Source: Candidatus Bathyarchaeia archaeon (GTDB lineage: Archaea; Thermoproteota; Bathyarchaeia; Bathyarchaeales; Bathycorpusculaceae). From it: a DNA stretch of 64,000 nucleotides. The notes below the pieces were generated by a model. That model was given only the letters and a program-made list of their open reading frames with translations, was not told the origin of the DNA and did not search any database. The position numbers were made by a program, and so were the translations under genes. The stretch lies in assembly GCA_050012755.1 (NCBI GenBank), contig JBEKGO010000002.1, positions 96,735-160,734 on the forward strand, given 5' to 3'. Positions within the stretch are counted from its first letter, which is position 1. The number at the start of each line of letters is the position of its first letter. Of the stretch, positions 1 to 10,493 are shown in pieces.

Positions 1-508
1 AGAGTGTCGCGGAAGAATTAGATCCTTGATTAGGGTCGAGATACAGAGACAGCGTTATGTTGTACCACATGTTAGGAGTTAGTAGAATATTTGTTTCGTT
101 GGCGTTGTTGTCCCAGTCAAATATGATTCCGTTGGCATCTTGGTATATGGCTATCCATCCAGTATTTCCCGTTAATGTTGCAATTCGAGAATAACCTGAA
201 GTGTTTGTGGCATAGAGCATTTGAACGTATAATCGCCCCGTCGTATCGTCAAAAGTTGCGTAGCTACTTGGAGAACTGTTTGGGGACACTTGAAGTGAGC
301 ATGGTGAGGTAACGTAAAGAACATTGTTCATTGTGTCATTGGAGCCTATTATAAACTGTGGATTGGGTTGGCTGGTGTCAAAGTCGTCGCTAAAAAGAAC
401 ACCTGACTGTGCTTGAACCGAATGGACTACGCCAAATGCTAGAAACATGTTTGCTGCAAGGATGGCCACCAATAGAGCAATTAGAATTCTTGTCTTTTGC
501 CATTTCAA
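1..508 (-). CDS. Secreted beta-rich (ConA/LamG-like) protein, 3' end truncated by window edge
   Basis: Not in the ORF track. Manual translation from TTG at 508 (GGTGA SD upstream) gives MKWQKTRILIALLVAILAANMFLAFGVVHSVQA-QSGVLFSDDFD...NMWYNITL and stays open to position 1. Classic Sec signal peptide; the fold call is inference. Confidence 0.75.
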   Translation of the reverse strand, partial: MKWQKTRILIALLVAILAANMFLAFGVVHSVQAQSGVLFSDDFDTSQPNPQFIIGSNDTMNNVLYVTSPCSLQVSPNSSPSSYATFDDTTGRLYVQMLYATNTSGYSRIATLTGNTGWIAIYQDANGIIFDWDNNANETNILLTPNMWYNITLSLYLDPNQGSNSSATL

Positions 509-600
509 ATTTTCATCACCTTTTTCTCTTGTTGCTAAATGAACATTCAACGCTTGAAAAGCACCAGAAAAAATGGGAAACCATTATTTTTGGTACAAGC

Positions 601-3600
601 TCAAGCATTAAAATCCACCACCACCCACACCAAAGTGCACTCCACAGTAGTGCCAGAGGAACGATGCAGGACAACTCCACTTTGAAGATTGTCAATGTCT
701 GTCCACGACCACGATCCACCGCCTGGTTTTGAGAGCACATTTGAATGGCTTGTCCATGTATTAGCTGTAGTCGGAGTCCATTGTGCACCAGTTATAGAGT
801 TGCTTCCTAGTGCGAGATATGTTTGTGCATAGGGACCACTTGTCGACGTTACATTTACTCGAATATTATCAGTAACACTGTTTATTGTGCCAGTTGCTGA
901 ACCATGGTCCTGAGTCGCGTAGGAATCTGTATAGGTACCGGTCTGGGAAGTTGTTGCATACACATATTCGGCGTTATCCACACCGTTATGATCTGAAACG
1001 GCTTGCCAGTGTGTGCTAGCTCCGTTCACATCGGGTATTCCAGTGTTAGTTCCGGCGCCATCAGGATAAAGAGTCATTAGTCCATGCCAATTCCAGGTAA
1101 TGCTAGATGCTGAGTTAAGACTGAAGGTAATAGTTTGAGTTGTGCCACTTGCAGGTGGACTACCAGTCCCGGTGTAACCTGTTGAGGTGTAATTTATTAT
1201 TGGTGGACCATTAAGATTTATTGCGGCTAATACTGAAGAAGTGATACTTGTGCCAGCGTCGTACCAACCCGAACTCTGTCCGGCGGGAGTCCCAACTGCA
1301 GAAGTCACAGTAAATTGGTACTGAGTTTGCCAGTTCCAAGTAATAGCAGCCGAACCAGTAATAGTGAATGTCATAGTAGTAGCACTACCGGTAGCAGGTA
1401 CACCACCGGACCCACCGCTCCAACCAGTACATCGATACTGCGTTCCGCCAGAGACATCAGCAGGACTAGTTACGCTCTCCGTCACCTGTGCATTAGCGTT
1501 AAACCATGAACCAGTAGCAGGAGAAGGCATATCATGAGCAGAAGTCACCGTCAATTGGTACTGAGTCTGATATGTAGCTGCGTCCGTCCCTGAAGTTACC
1601 AAAGGTGAAGCAAGTCCAGAACTCCCAGTCAAAACAAACTGCGTTCCTGAACCGCCTGAAACAGTAGACGCCCAACCGAAAGTCGTTCCAGTATCAACCC
1701 ACACGTTACTGGGCAAAGTATTGTAAACATAATTCGTTGAACCAATAGTCAAAACCGTATTAGAACCAGCAGACCCAGCCACACCAGTCTGTGAGAAACC
1801 GACCTGCCATTGAACTACATAGGATTCGGAAACTGCATTCGGCGCAGAAACCATAATGGGTGAATTAGTACCAGACAAACCGCCAGCTCTATATTGCTTG
1901 CCAGTTAAACTGCTCGTAACTGGACCAACAAAAGAATAGGTCACACTTGCTCCACTATCAACCCAGATAGCACCACCTGACGTCCCAAGCGGACTGGTAG
2001 CACCGGAATACTGACCTCCCGTTACGCTGAAAGACAAAAGATTGCCAGAAGCGTCACCGCCCAAACCAGAACTTGAAAATGTTTGTTGCCATTGAGTCAC
2101 ATAAGTACCCGCAATCGTGTTCGCACCGGAAACAGAATAACCAGATGCCGGACCAGAAACGCTACTAAACCGATACTGCTTTCCAGTTATGCTGCTTGAC
2201 ACTGGATTTTGGAAAGTATAAGAAACTGTCGCGCCGTTGTCTACCCACACGCTACCTCCCGAAATACTAATTGGGCTTGTTCCAAAATACTGACCGCCAG
2301 TGACACTAAAGGAAACGAGATTCCCTATCGCATCTCCCACTAGACCTGAATTGCCAAAAGTCTGCTGCCACTGAATCTTATAGCTGACAGTAACTGTGGC
2401 GTTTGACATTGGAACAGTGTAGGCATGTGTTTGAGCCCCTCCGTCACCCCATGATACCCATGCGTATTGTTTGCCGGCTCCGGCGGCAACCGTGCTGGAT
2501 GCGGTTATTGTATGTATCGACCCTGCTTGCCAAGTGAATGAAGATGGAAGTGTTGAGTACGTGTATGGTACAGAATCTATTATTAAAATTGTCGAGGTTC
2601 CTGCGTCGCTACTGATTCCACTGGGTTGAAAGACAATGGTCTCCGTCGGGACTATCGTAAAGTTTGCCCATGCAGAATTAGAGCTTGTGTCAGTAGCAGT
2701 TATCATGTAAGATCCAGCAGCATAAGATGGAATGACAAATGTAGTTCCAAACGGAATCTCTCCGTAAGCAGTCGATCTAGCTGTAGCTACAGTGTTCCCG
2801 TTGAATGTAATTCTTATCTGGGAGTAGGGTAAGAACCCACCGCCCGATAGTGTGACAGAGGTGCCTACAGTACCGGATGAGGGAGACAAATTTATCGAAG
2901 CCGCAGCTGAAGACTGAGGAGTAATTGTTACTGAGGGAGGTTGCTCAACAAGAGCCCATAAACCAGAGTTTCCATTGTTGTCGTATATTGGATTTATACC
3001 ATCAAATGTTGTTACAGAACCGCACCAAGTTAGATCCAAAGCTGAAGTGAAATCAACTGGACCTGTCGAAGTGACAGGGTCAAGTTCAATGACTGGGACA
3101 GAACTGTTTACATAAAGTGCTCCTGTAAATTTGCCAGCCATTGCATCAAAAGCATAGAGCTGTTGATTCGCGCTATCTGTAAACATTATTCCTGTTCCTT
3201 GAGATGCATCATTAATTAGTTGACTCCAATGATGGACATTCCCAGCGCTGTTATTGAAATATCCATTGCTGTTTGAAACATTGGGAATTCCGTTTGTAGT
3301 TCCGTTTTCAGTCATGGCTTGCACTGGGCTTATCGAAGTTGTCAGTTGAATTGGACTGATATCGTTGATATTTCTGGCCGCTGCGGAGTTTATGAAAATT
3401 AGTCTAAGCTGGTAAGTGTAGTATGTTGCATTCGCGGGAAGCGTAAACACGATTTGGGAGTAAACATTCGGGCAGTTAGTAGGTCCGTTGTTCCATTCTG
3501 CTTCTTCCTGGACAATATCTCTAACTACGCCGTATTGTACCACGTAAGCAGGCGAGCCCGACCCATACACGCTAGCATCGGCATCGATTCTCATGAAATT

Positions 3601-4812
3601 AGCGGTACTACTCACGCTTCCCACCGTCGATTTTATCTGAAAATGACTATTTGGATAGCTGAATTGCAGAGTCATGTTTCCATTTGAGAGAGTCCCAACA
3701 GCAGGATTGTCGCTATTAAAGCACGTGTCCTTGTAGGCAGCAGATGGTTGGAGTGCTCGATCACTTCCGTTCCACCAAAAAGTTAATTGAGACATTGAAG
3801 GATTTACTTCAAAAACGACCATCTGGCTATTACTAAAGATAGTATAATTTGTAGTCAGACCCAATGGAATCTGATATCCTGATGTCCAATCTTCCACTTG
3901 AAAAGGAATATCCGAAGTCGGACCAGTTTGACATAAATGCAAGGACGCTACCGAAATAGGAGGAATAGGTTGCACCTGAGTCACATTTAGCGGACCTTGC
4001 CCGAACCAAAGCATAGTACCATTCTGCAATAATTCTACTACAGATGGAGCAGGAGAGCTCTGAGGAGAAAATGTAAAGTCTATGTTGTAACTGTTGAATG
4101 AAGATGCCTCAACCATAATTCCCCGTGAATCCGTAACTTGAACCATATATGCCGAAGAGTTTATTCCAGGAGGAACACTGATCAGATATGTCCCATTAGT
4201 GAAAACCGTCGGCGTCAAACTCGGATTTACCTGTTGCCAGTTTGAAGTCATGTAATTGTAATAGTAGAAGGCAAAGTTTTGTTGTCCTAAACTGGTTAAC
4301 GGTTGAGCTAAGTCCTGTGTAACGCTTAATCGTACTTGATTGTTGTTTGGTGAATTATATATTTGAACACCTAAGCTGCAAGAAGCGGTGTAATTTACGC
4401 CGTAGATGCCGAGGTCTGCTAGATCGTAAACAACCGAAAGCGTGCCTGAACTAATACTAGGATTTGAATACCAATTATTGTTAAGTGTCAGGCTCGTCAT
4501 GTTTATCGATTCTCCTAAAGAGGGATTCATGCTTGCAATGTACTGTAAAGCGCTATTCATGTAAAGCGTCGCATTAGCATAAGCGTACGATTGGTTTCCT
4601 GTTACTTGAAGAATAGAGGCATAATAACCTACAGTAAAACCTAGAGCTTTCAGAAGAGCCGAATTTGTTTCATCTGTCGCAGTTAATGTTTGTGGCGTTT
4701 GACTTTGACTCGAATCATAACGAATCGTTGCGTAGGCCGCTATTAATGTGCCAGCAAGAACTATTGCAACAAGCAAAGCCGCAATAATCGTGAATTGTCC
4801 CCGATTATCCAT
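601..4812 (-). CDS. Giant pilin-like adhesin (class III signal, IPT/TIG-like domain, InlB-B-like beta repeats)
   Basis: N-terminus MDNRG/QFTIIAALLVAIVL resembles a type IV prepilin cleavage site. Ser/Thr/Gly-rich, with LSPSSGTVGTSVTLSGGGF (IPT-like) and repeats starting QWQQTF or QYQxTVTS. Lies in the pilus operon. Confidence 0.75.
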   Translation of the reverse strand: MDNRGQFTIIAALLVAIVLAGTLIAAYATIRYDSSQSQTPQTLTATDETNSALLKALGFTVGYYASILQVTGNQSYAYANATLYMNSALQYIASMNPSLGESINMTSLTLNNNWYSNPSISSGTLSVVYDLADLGIYGVNYTASCSLGVQIYNSPNNNQVRLSVTQDLAQPLTSLGQQNFAFYYYNYMTSNWQQVNPSLTPTVFTNGTYLISVPPGINSSAYMVQVTDSRGIMVEASSFNSYNIDFTFSPQSSPAPSVVELLQNGTMLWFGQGPLNVTQVQPIPPISVASLHLCQTGPTSDIPFQVEDWTSGYQIPLGLTTNYTIFSNSQMVVFEVNPSMSQLTFWWNGSDRALQPSAAYKDTCFNSDNPAVGTLSNGNMTLQFSYPNSHFQIKSTVGSVSSTANFMRIDADASVYGSGSPAYVVQYGVVRDIVQEEAEWNNGPTNCPNVYSQIVFTLPANATYYTYQLRLIFINSAAARNINDISPIQLTTSISPVQAMTENGTTNGIPNVSNSNGYFNNSAGNVHHWSQLINDASQGTGIMFTDSANQQLYAFDAMAGKFTGALYVNSSVPVIELDPVTSTGPVDFTSALDLTWCGSVTTFDGINPIYDNNGNSGLWALVEQPPSVTITPQSSAAASINLSPSSGTVGTSVTLSGGGFLPYSQIRITFNGNTVATARSTAYGEIPFGTTFVIPSYAAGSYMITATDTSSNSAWANFTIVPTETIVFQPSGISSDAGTSTILIIDSVPYTYSTLPSSFTWQAGSIHTITASSTVAAGAGKQYAWVSWGDGGAQTHAYTVPMSNATVTVSYKIQWQQTFGNSGLVGDAIGNLVSFSVTGGQYFGTSPISISGGSVWVDNGATVSYTFQNPVSSSITGKQYRFSSVSGPASGYSVSGANTIAGTYVTQWQQTFSSSGLGGDASGNLLSFSVTGGQYSGATSPLGTSGGAIWVDSGASVTYSFVGPVTSSLTGKQYRAGGLSGTNSPIMVSAPNAVSESYVVQWQVGFSQTGVAGSAGSNTVLTIGSTNYVYNTLPSNVWVDTGTTFGWASTVSGGSGTQFVLTGSSGLASPLVTSGTDAATYQTQYQLTVTSAHDMPSPATGSWFNANAQVTESVTSPADVSGGTQYRCTGWSGGSGGVPATGSATTMTFTITGSAAITWNWQTQYQFTVTSAVGTPAGQSSGWYDAGTSITSSVLAAINLNGPPIINYTSTGYTGTGSPPASGTTQTITFSLNSASSITWNWHGLMTLYPDGAGTNTGIPDVNGASTHWQAVSDHNGVDNAEYVYATTSQTGTYTDSYATQDHGSATGTINSVTDNIRVNVTSTSGPYAQTYLALGSNSITGAQWTPTTANTWTSHSNVLSKPGGGSWSWTDIDNLQSGVVLHRSSGTTVECTLVWVVVDFNA
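1085..2370 (-). repeat. Five ~80-100 aa intragenic beta-sandwich repeats in the adhesin
   Basis: Two QWQQTF..SGL.GDA.GNL.SFSVTGGQY..WVD.GA.V.Y.F..PV.SS.TGKQYR units, one QWQVGF unit and two QYQ.TVTSA...W.....ITWNW units. Boundaries are approximate. Confidence 0.8.
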
Positions 4813-4813
4813 T

Positions 4814-6169
4814 CTATTTGCCTCCGACAGTTCCCAGCTGCAACACTACGAGTCGATTGCTTCCTGCAGCCGTATAGAGAGAGCTATATTTAGTCGGTTG
4901 ATAATCACACAGAATGCCTAGAGCAGCTAGTCTAATGTCTGAGATTCTGGTCATTCCGAGCGCAAAAAATCCACCCTGATAGTTTGTCCCATTCACGTTT
5001 GTAGTCCAATGTCTGTAGACCGCACCTGGATTGTACAGGCTCCCGTCAAAAGTTGTGTTAAACAAATAGGTTGTGACCATCAAATTGTACTGCGCTGTTA
5101 TTGAAGTGGGTAAGGCGCGAGTAGAGGTCTGATAAGCAGAGGGGTAAAGCCCGTAATAATTGCACAAACTTTGGACCTGGCTGGACAAATATACGACACC
5201 TGGCGGCGCGCCCGTTATCCACGTGGTATTGTATACGTACGGTTGGTTAGCTAATCCTTCAAGAAAAGCGTTGAGCCCTTGTGAGCTAACAGCATCCATC
5301 CCATATATTCCCCAGCTGTTTTGAGAATTACTCAGGGAGCCAGTATTGGTAACGTAGTAGAAGGGATACCCCACTATACTGACCCAAGTCCAATTATACA
5401 ACTGGGTAATTTTGCCCAAAGTGTAATCATACTGGGCGTAAGAATTATCGCCAGAATCATAACCTTGCGTATAATTAAGCCCAGAACTACTGCTAAAACT
5501 TGATGGTATTGGTACGGCTTCACCGCAGGTATTGATAATAACTGAATTATCGACAGCTTCTCCTTGAAGCGACTGACCACTTAGTAACTGATTTAGCTGA
5601 TTTGTGTTTTGAACCATTACAGTATTTTTAAAGTAGGGAGACAGAAGGCTGTACGTTGTTTGAGCAAGACTGGAAGGAGTGTAGCCGGTAATCCACCAAC
5701 CATTAGTATCGCTGCAGTTTAAGATGTACAGAGTTATGGGGACCCCATTTGTGGAAATTTGCTGCGGTGTAGAGATATAAGTCACATTGGATGAGGCCTC
5801 TAAGTATGAAGAAGCATCTGAACTTTCTATGCTCGGCGTATTAGAAAGAGAAAATACACTTGAGTAGAGAGGTGCTCCATTTGAGGCAGTATTTATGTCG
5901 TAGACTGTGAGGTTATAGTCCATGTTTGGGGGCAATGATGCTGAAAGTGCAATCTGAAGGTTACCCCATGCTGCGACGTTATTCGTTTGGAATGCTGCTG
6001 AGCTCAAATCGTAATGCGAATCAAGTTCTTGGAGAGTAGTGTAGGCAAGTCTGCTCATATCTAAAGGAGATACTTGATTCGGGGATGGAAGTGCAATGTA
6101 GCTCGAAGTTGCCACATACGCTGCGCCCAAAAGTATGACGACTAACAGAACTTCAACTGTTCGCATCAT
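4814..6169 (-). CDS. Pilin-like / minor pilin protein, 451 aa
   Basis: Single N-terminal hydrophobic helix MRTVEVLLVVILL with Glu at +5; tightly coupled within the pilus operon. Confidence 0.6.
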   Translation of the reverse strand: MMRTVEVLLVVILLGAAYVATSSYIALPSPNQVSPLDMSRLAYTTLQELDSHYDLSSAAFQTNNVAAWGNLQIALSASLPPNMDYNLTVYDINTASNGAPLYSSVFSLSNTPSIESSDASSYLEASSNVTYISTPQQISTNGVPITLYILNCSDTNGWWITGYTPSSLAQTTYSLLSPYFKNTVMVQNTNQLNQLLSGQSLQGEAVDNSVIINTCGEAVPIPSSFSSSSGLNYTQGYDSGDNSYAQYDYTLGKITQLYNWTWVSIVGYPFYYVTNTGSLSNSQNSWGIYGMDAVSSQGLNAFLEGLANQPYVYNTTWITGAPPGVVYLSSQVQSLCNYYGLYPSAYQTSTRALPTSITAQYNLMVTTYLFNTTFDGSLYNPGAVYRHWTTNVNGTNYQGGFFALGMTRISDIRLAALGILCDYQPTKYSSLYTAAGSNRLVVLQLGTVGGK

Positions 6170-6170
6170 G

Positions 6171-7382
6171 TTAGCTCGCCTCCTGATGGCCTTGTACGCT
6201 CCAAAGAGAGAGCTTTGCCTGATAAGAAACTCCGTTGATTTGCACTTGACGTAAATCTGTTGCTACCCAGCCATGGTTAACTGGAATTCCTCCGAATGTC
6301 ATGGAAAAACCCAAGGAGCTAAGTCCCCACGGCATCATAACCACGCCATTGTTGCCAATGTTACTGTAAGCTATTACAAGAATACCTGGAGTGAAAGAGC
6401 CCATGCAAATTGATACGGGCGAATTTCCTGCGCCCGAATTAACTTGACCATATGAATTTGAACTCCCGAGAGAGGTTTCTTGAATAGCATAATTTTGACT
6501 TTCTAAAATGAAAGTCGAATTATAATACAAAGTATTATTCTGAGGGGCATTGTTGGGAACATCGTCGCTATGTGCCAAGGTTACACTTTGAGTAGAAAGT
6601 GGACCAAGAAATGGCACAATACTCTGATTTCCTACAGGGGAATGCTCATAGTAACCTACACCGGTTATACCATCAAGATAGGCATAGGCTACAAAAACGT
6701 ACGTCACGTTTGGGTTAAGAGAGAAATTCGAGAATGTTAAGGAAGCTAAGCCAACACTATTCGTTTTCACGTTGCCTGCCTGATTAGCGGAAGTTTCAAA
6801 ATCTGGATAGCCCATATTGAGAAACACTGGAATTAAGAGGTAGTTTACGTTAGCATTTGCAAGAGGATAGCTAGTTCCAGTGACATCCAGCGTCAAGCTT
6901 AGTGGGTTAGTTGAAATTTCGGCTATAGATATGTTCACCGTCGGGGTTAACGACAGTTGAAATCCGTAAGTATTGTTTATTCCCAGTAATGACAGCGCGG
7001 TTGAATAATTAATCATGTCAGTATATGGGTAAAGCAAGTAATTGTTGGGGCTAGTTTTTATTGTACTATAGGTCAGGGCTGTTTTTTGGTAGCTTACTGG
7101 AACTTCTGATAACGAGTTTAGACGCATCAATGAAAAAGGACTAAGCTGGAATTGAGTCGATGATGGATCTTGCAAGCCAAAAGCTACTGGAGTTCCATTT
7201 GTTGGGATTCCAGGAGTCGAAAGCATGGCATCCAAAAGATCACTGCACACTTTTGCGGTTGAACTATTGCTCTGATAATTTACTGCAACCGAAAACGTTT
7301 GGTTGAATAGACCCATAAAGAGTAGAACTGCTGCCAATAGCACAATAATTGAAACAAGATGATCGATAGACACACCTGACAC
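6171..7382 (-). CDS. Pilin-like / minor pilin protein, 403 aa
   Basis: N-terminus MSGVSIDHLVSIIVLL followed by a beta-rich, Asn-rich external domain; operon context. Confidence 0.6.
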   Translation of the reverse strand: MSGVSIDHLVSIIVLLAAVLLFMGLFNQTFSVAVNYQSNSSTAKVCSDLLDAMLSTPGIPTNGTPVAFGLQDPSSTQFQLSPFSLMRLNSLSEVPVSYQKTALTYSTIKTSPNNYLLYPYTDMINYSTALSLLGINNTYGFQLSLTPTVNISIAEISTNPLSLTLDVTGTSYPLANANVNYLLIPVFLNMGYPDFETSANQAGNVKTNSVGLASLTFSNFSLNPNVTYVFVAYAYLDGITGVGYYEHSPVGNQSIVPFLGPLSTQSVTLAHSDDVPNNAPQNNTLYYNSTFILESQNYAIQETSLGSSNSYGQVNSGAGNSPVSICMGSFTPGILVIAYSNIGNNGVVMMPWGLSSLGFSMTFGGIPVNHGWVATDLRQVQINGVSYQAKLSLWSVQGHQEAS

Positions 7383-7393
7383 TTTTTTTCCTC

Positions 7394-7870
7394 CTATGTG
7401 CTAAAAGATAGCCAAATTGTGTTGTTGCTATCTTTATAAGCGGTAATGCAGGCGCTAGTTGAGTTACTCATGAAAGTGGAGTTCACCCAATGAGCATTTT
7501 GTCCCAAGGTAACTGGTGCAGTAGTCGAAATCCGAGCCCCAACCAACGAGAGAGTTAATTCCAAGACTTCCCCAGAACCAGAACCAGAAACGGAGACCAA
7601 AGTAGCATTCCCAATGTAAGGATAGTTTCCTATGTATGGAGAAATTCCCAGTACATCCGTTACTGTTCCAGATGATACTGACGGATTGTTTAGAAAGAAA
7701 TAGAGTTGCTCTATTGAACTGCCTAGATGAATTCGGGCGTCATTTAAGGCAATAGTATCAGTGGACGTTGTCCAGTAGCTCATTACAATTCCGGCAGCGT
7801 AAGGCAGCAGAAATATCTGTAAAATCAAAACGGGAATAAGAATCATGTATTCGATGGTTATATGTGCCAT
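7394..7870 (-). CDS. Small pilin-like (TadE-like) protein
   Basis: MAHITIEYMILIPVLIL resembles the TadE/archaeal pilin N-terminal motif; GAGGAGTG SD upstream. Confidence 0.65.
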   Translation of the reverse strand: MAHITIEYMILIPVLILQIFLLPYAAGIVMSYWTTSTDTIALNDARIHLGSSIEQLYFFLNNPSVSSGTVTDVLGISPYIGNYPYIGNATLVSVSGSGSGEVLELTLSLVGARISTTAPVTLGQNAHWVNSTFMSNSTSACITAYKDSNNTIWLSFST

Positions 7871-7889
7871 GTGTCACTCCTCGCCAGCA

Positions 7890-8723
7890 TTAAGCAACCA
7901 TCCCTATTGAGACAACAATTGTGCCAACAAAAAATTCGACGAAAGAACCAGAAGGTAATGCTACCGTTTCAGAAGTGCGATCGAAATTGAAGAAAGCAGA
8001 ATCGAAACCTGGAGGAGTTGATGGGACAGCTAAAGCTGTAGCATTAATGCGAACCTGAGTAACAGCTCCACTAGGCGTTAAGCCAGTCAGACTAATGCCT
8101 GTCAATGTGACAGATTGCGAAAGATATGGATTTGACCCCCCAACAAGAGACGGCAAGTAAAACTTATAGTTGCTCACGCCTGTAATCATGGTTGAATTCA
8201 ACACTCTGACTGTGGGAACTGCAACTATTCTTGAATAACTTCCATCTGCCATAGCACCCTTTTGTGTTTCAAATACCTGGCAAACCGGTGCAGAAGCGTT
8301 CCACTGCAAAAATGAACCGCTGTCGGATGGTATTACTCTACTAAAGTAATTATTGCCCAAATTGTAATCGCTCGCGTGCATGTTGAACAGTATCATACCG
8401 GTTGTAAAATTGTAGATAGTCTGCCATGAACTTGCATTATTGATTTCAACGGTGTAGTTAATGACGTTGGGTACGAATTTTACTTGTCCATATTTTGCTG
8501 TGTAATCAACTGTTTCTGTTCGTCCAATTGTCCATGCCACATTATCTATCTGCTGACCAGTTGATTGCATGCACTGCCTATTTGCGTTAAACTCGTCCGC
8601 AGCCAACTGACTTGTTAGGCTACTGTTTGCAACGTTCATAGCCACAAGAACCAATACCACAAGCGCCGCTGTCATAATCACGGTGGAAATTGCCGTGCTT
8701 ATTGCACAGTTATCTTTTCGCAA
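7890..8723 (-). CDS. Pilin/archaellin-like protein with class III signal peptide
   Basis: RKDNCA/ISTAISTVIMTAALVVLV resembles the archaeal [KR]x[GA]/[IV]S..I..V cleavage motif. Confidence 0.7.
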   Translation of the reverse strand: MRKDNCAISTAISTVIMTAALVVLVLVAMNVANSSLTSQLAADEFNANRQCMQSTGQQIDNVAWTIGRTETVDYTAKYGQVKFVPNVINYTVEINNASSWQTIYNFTTGMILFNMHASDYNLGNNYFSRVIPSDSGSFLQWNASAPVCQVFETQKGAMADGSYSRIVAVPTVRVLNSTMITGVSNYKFYLPSLVGGSNPYLSQSVTLTGISLTGLTPSGAVTQVRINATALAVPSTPPGFDSAFFNFDRTSETVALPSGSFVEFFVGTIVVSIGMVA

Positions 8724-8765
8724 GTTTTTTCGGACTTGAATAGATACCGTGTTTTTTCCCTCCGA

Positions 8766-10493
8766 CTAAATTTTTACGAACAACGGTATTATTTTCGCAG
8801 CTAATACAGCAATTATTACCAAGATGGCTGCATGTTTGAATCCTGCAGAGATTGACTCTTCGCTTATTTTTCCTCCGACAATTCCAATAAGATAACTGTT
8901 GAAGATGACTGCTGTCATGAATATTGTTTGCATCAAGCCCTTGCCTTGTGCAGCCGTTGACGATACTCCTGTCGTTGTTGCACCAAATCCAGTGGTGAAA
9001 CTCATCATCATAACGGTTGTTGCTACTAGAAGAATCGACGCCAGATAGGGCATCATCACGTACGGACGAACAGACATTTTCTTCTCTTTTTCAACTTCCT
9101 GAGTCAAATTGTTAAAACGAGCCAAAGATTCAATCATGCCAATTGTGCCACCGCCCACATCTATAGTTTCGACCAAGAGAAACATGACTATTTGTACCAT
9201 CCAACTGCGCGTGCGACTAAGAAAATCCATCATCACTTTTTTAATAGGTAAACCCCACGAAATCTCAGAGCTAATTTTTCGAAGTTCTTTGGTGAAAGAA
9301 CCGTAATCGCGGGTTGATAGATTTTCAATACATTTCTCTGGAGATAACCCTGTTTTTCGAACTTCGGTGAGGTCTCTTAGAAAACTTGTGACTCCTGCAT
9401 CCATGCTGTTCTTGATTTTTGCTAACCGCATATGAACGATGGCGGCTGGTGCCGTAGAAATAAACAAAGCTACTGCGATAGCCACAGGCAAATCAACCCC
9501 CAAGCCTTGCAAGGCGCTGAACAAGGAAATATGAGTCGCTCCCATGAAGTTTGTTAGCAGCAAGAATACAACTACGCCAACAACGCTGCATAGGCCGAAG
9601 ACCTTGTAGGGGCGCATTTCCACCATCGGCGTTTTCGGTTGCATACTGTGGGCAAGATAAATGAACAATCCTGAGAGCAATGGTGTAAAGAGATAAGTGT
9701 ACATGAGTATGCCTGAAAATGATGATAGACTAGAGTTTGCAGTAGTCCCAGTCTGGATTTGCTGAACAGCGAAAAGTATGTAAAAACAAAGCGACATCAT
9801 AACCATGACAATAATGAAGGTTTCAAGTAACATTCCTAAGCGTTCTGCAGCAGCTTTAACGCGAAGCGCACGAATCTTGAAAATATCTTCAGCTTTGCGC
9901 TCAAGGAAGTGCCCTATATCGCCGCCGATTATAACAGTTGAAGCGTAACCGCCTAAGAAGTCCTTGAATGTATCAAGCGGCGTCTTCTTTGCAGCTCCTT
10001 CAAGGGCTGATAATGGATCAACACCGAAAACTTCTACGTCTTTCATTATGTCTCTTGCTTCTTTAGCCATTGTGGGCATGAGATCTACTACCGACAAGCG
10101 CTTGAAGCTAGTGTATGGAGCTATGCCTCCCGATGCCATGACGCTGATGTATGCCGCCGCAAAAGGCATTTCACGCTCCAGGTTTGATGATCTATCGCTT
10201 GCTTTGGACTTCGGTGCAACCATGAAGCCAACAATTACAAAGAGAGGGATGGGGATCAAAATTAGCAACGGTAAAAATCCCGTGTACAAAGCCATCACTG
10301 CGCCAAGAACTGATATAGGGAGGGTTAACAAGGCAGTGAAAAACATCAAAGACACGTAAGCTTCAGGGTAAATTCTTACCCGTCCCATGTCTAAAGAACT
10401 CTTCAGTGTTTGAAATGGATTTTTCAGAAGTTTTTGTGCCACTCGCCCAAAAAAGCGATAAGACACAGCTTCAAGCTTCTCTAACAACGGCAA
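8766..10493 (-). CDS. Type II secretion F-family platform protein (TadC/FlaJ-like, two T2SSF domains)
   Basis: Multiple TM helices, with EREMPFAAAYISVMASGG and FLRDLTEVRKTGLS motifs; adjacent to the secretion ATPase. Confidence 0.9.
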   Translation of the reverse strand: MPLLEKLEAVSYRFFGRVAQKLLKNPFQTLKSSLDMGRVRIYPEAYVSLMFFTALLTLPISVLGAVMALYTGFLPLLILIPIPLFVIVGFMVAPKSKASDRSSNLEREMPFAAAYISVMASGGIAPYTSFKRLSVVDLMPTMAKEARDIMKDVEVFGVDPLSALEGAAKKTPLDTFKDFLGGYASTVIIGGDIGHFLERKAEDIFKIRALRVKAAAERLGMLLETFIIVMVMMSLCFYILFAVQQIQTGTTANSSLSSFSGILMYTYLFTPLLSGLFIYLAHSMQPKTPMVEMRPYKVFGLCSVVGVVVFLLLTNFMGATHISLFSALQGLGVDLPVAIAVALFISTAPAAIVHMRLAKIKNSMDAGVTSFLRDLTEVRKTGLSPEKCIENLSTRDYGSFTKELRKISSEISWGLPIKKVMMDFLSRTRSWMVQIVMFLLVETIDVGGGTIGMIESLARFNNLTQEVEKEKKMSVRPYVMMPYLASILLVATTVMMMSFTTGFGATTTGVSSTAAQGKGLMQTIFMTAVIFNSYLIGIVGGKISEESISAGFKHAAILVIIAVLAAKIIPLFVKI

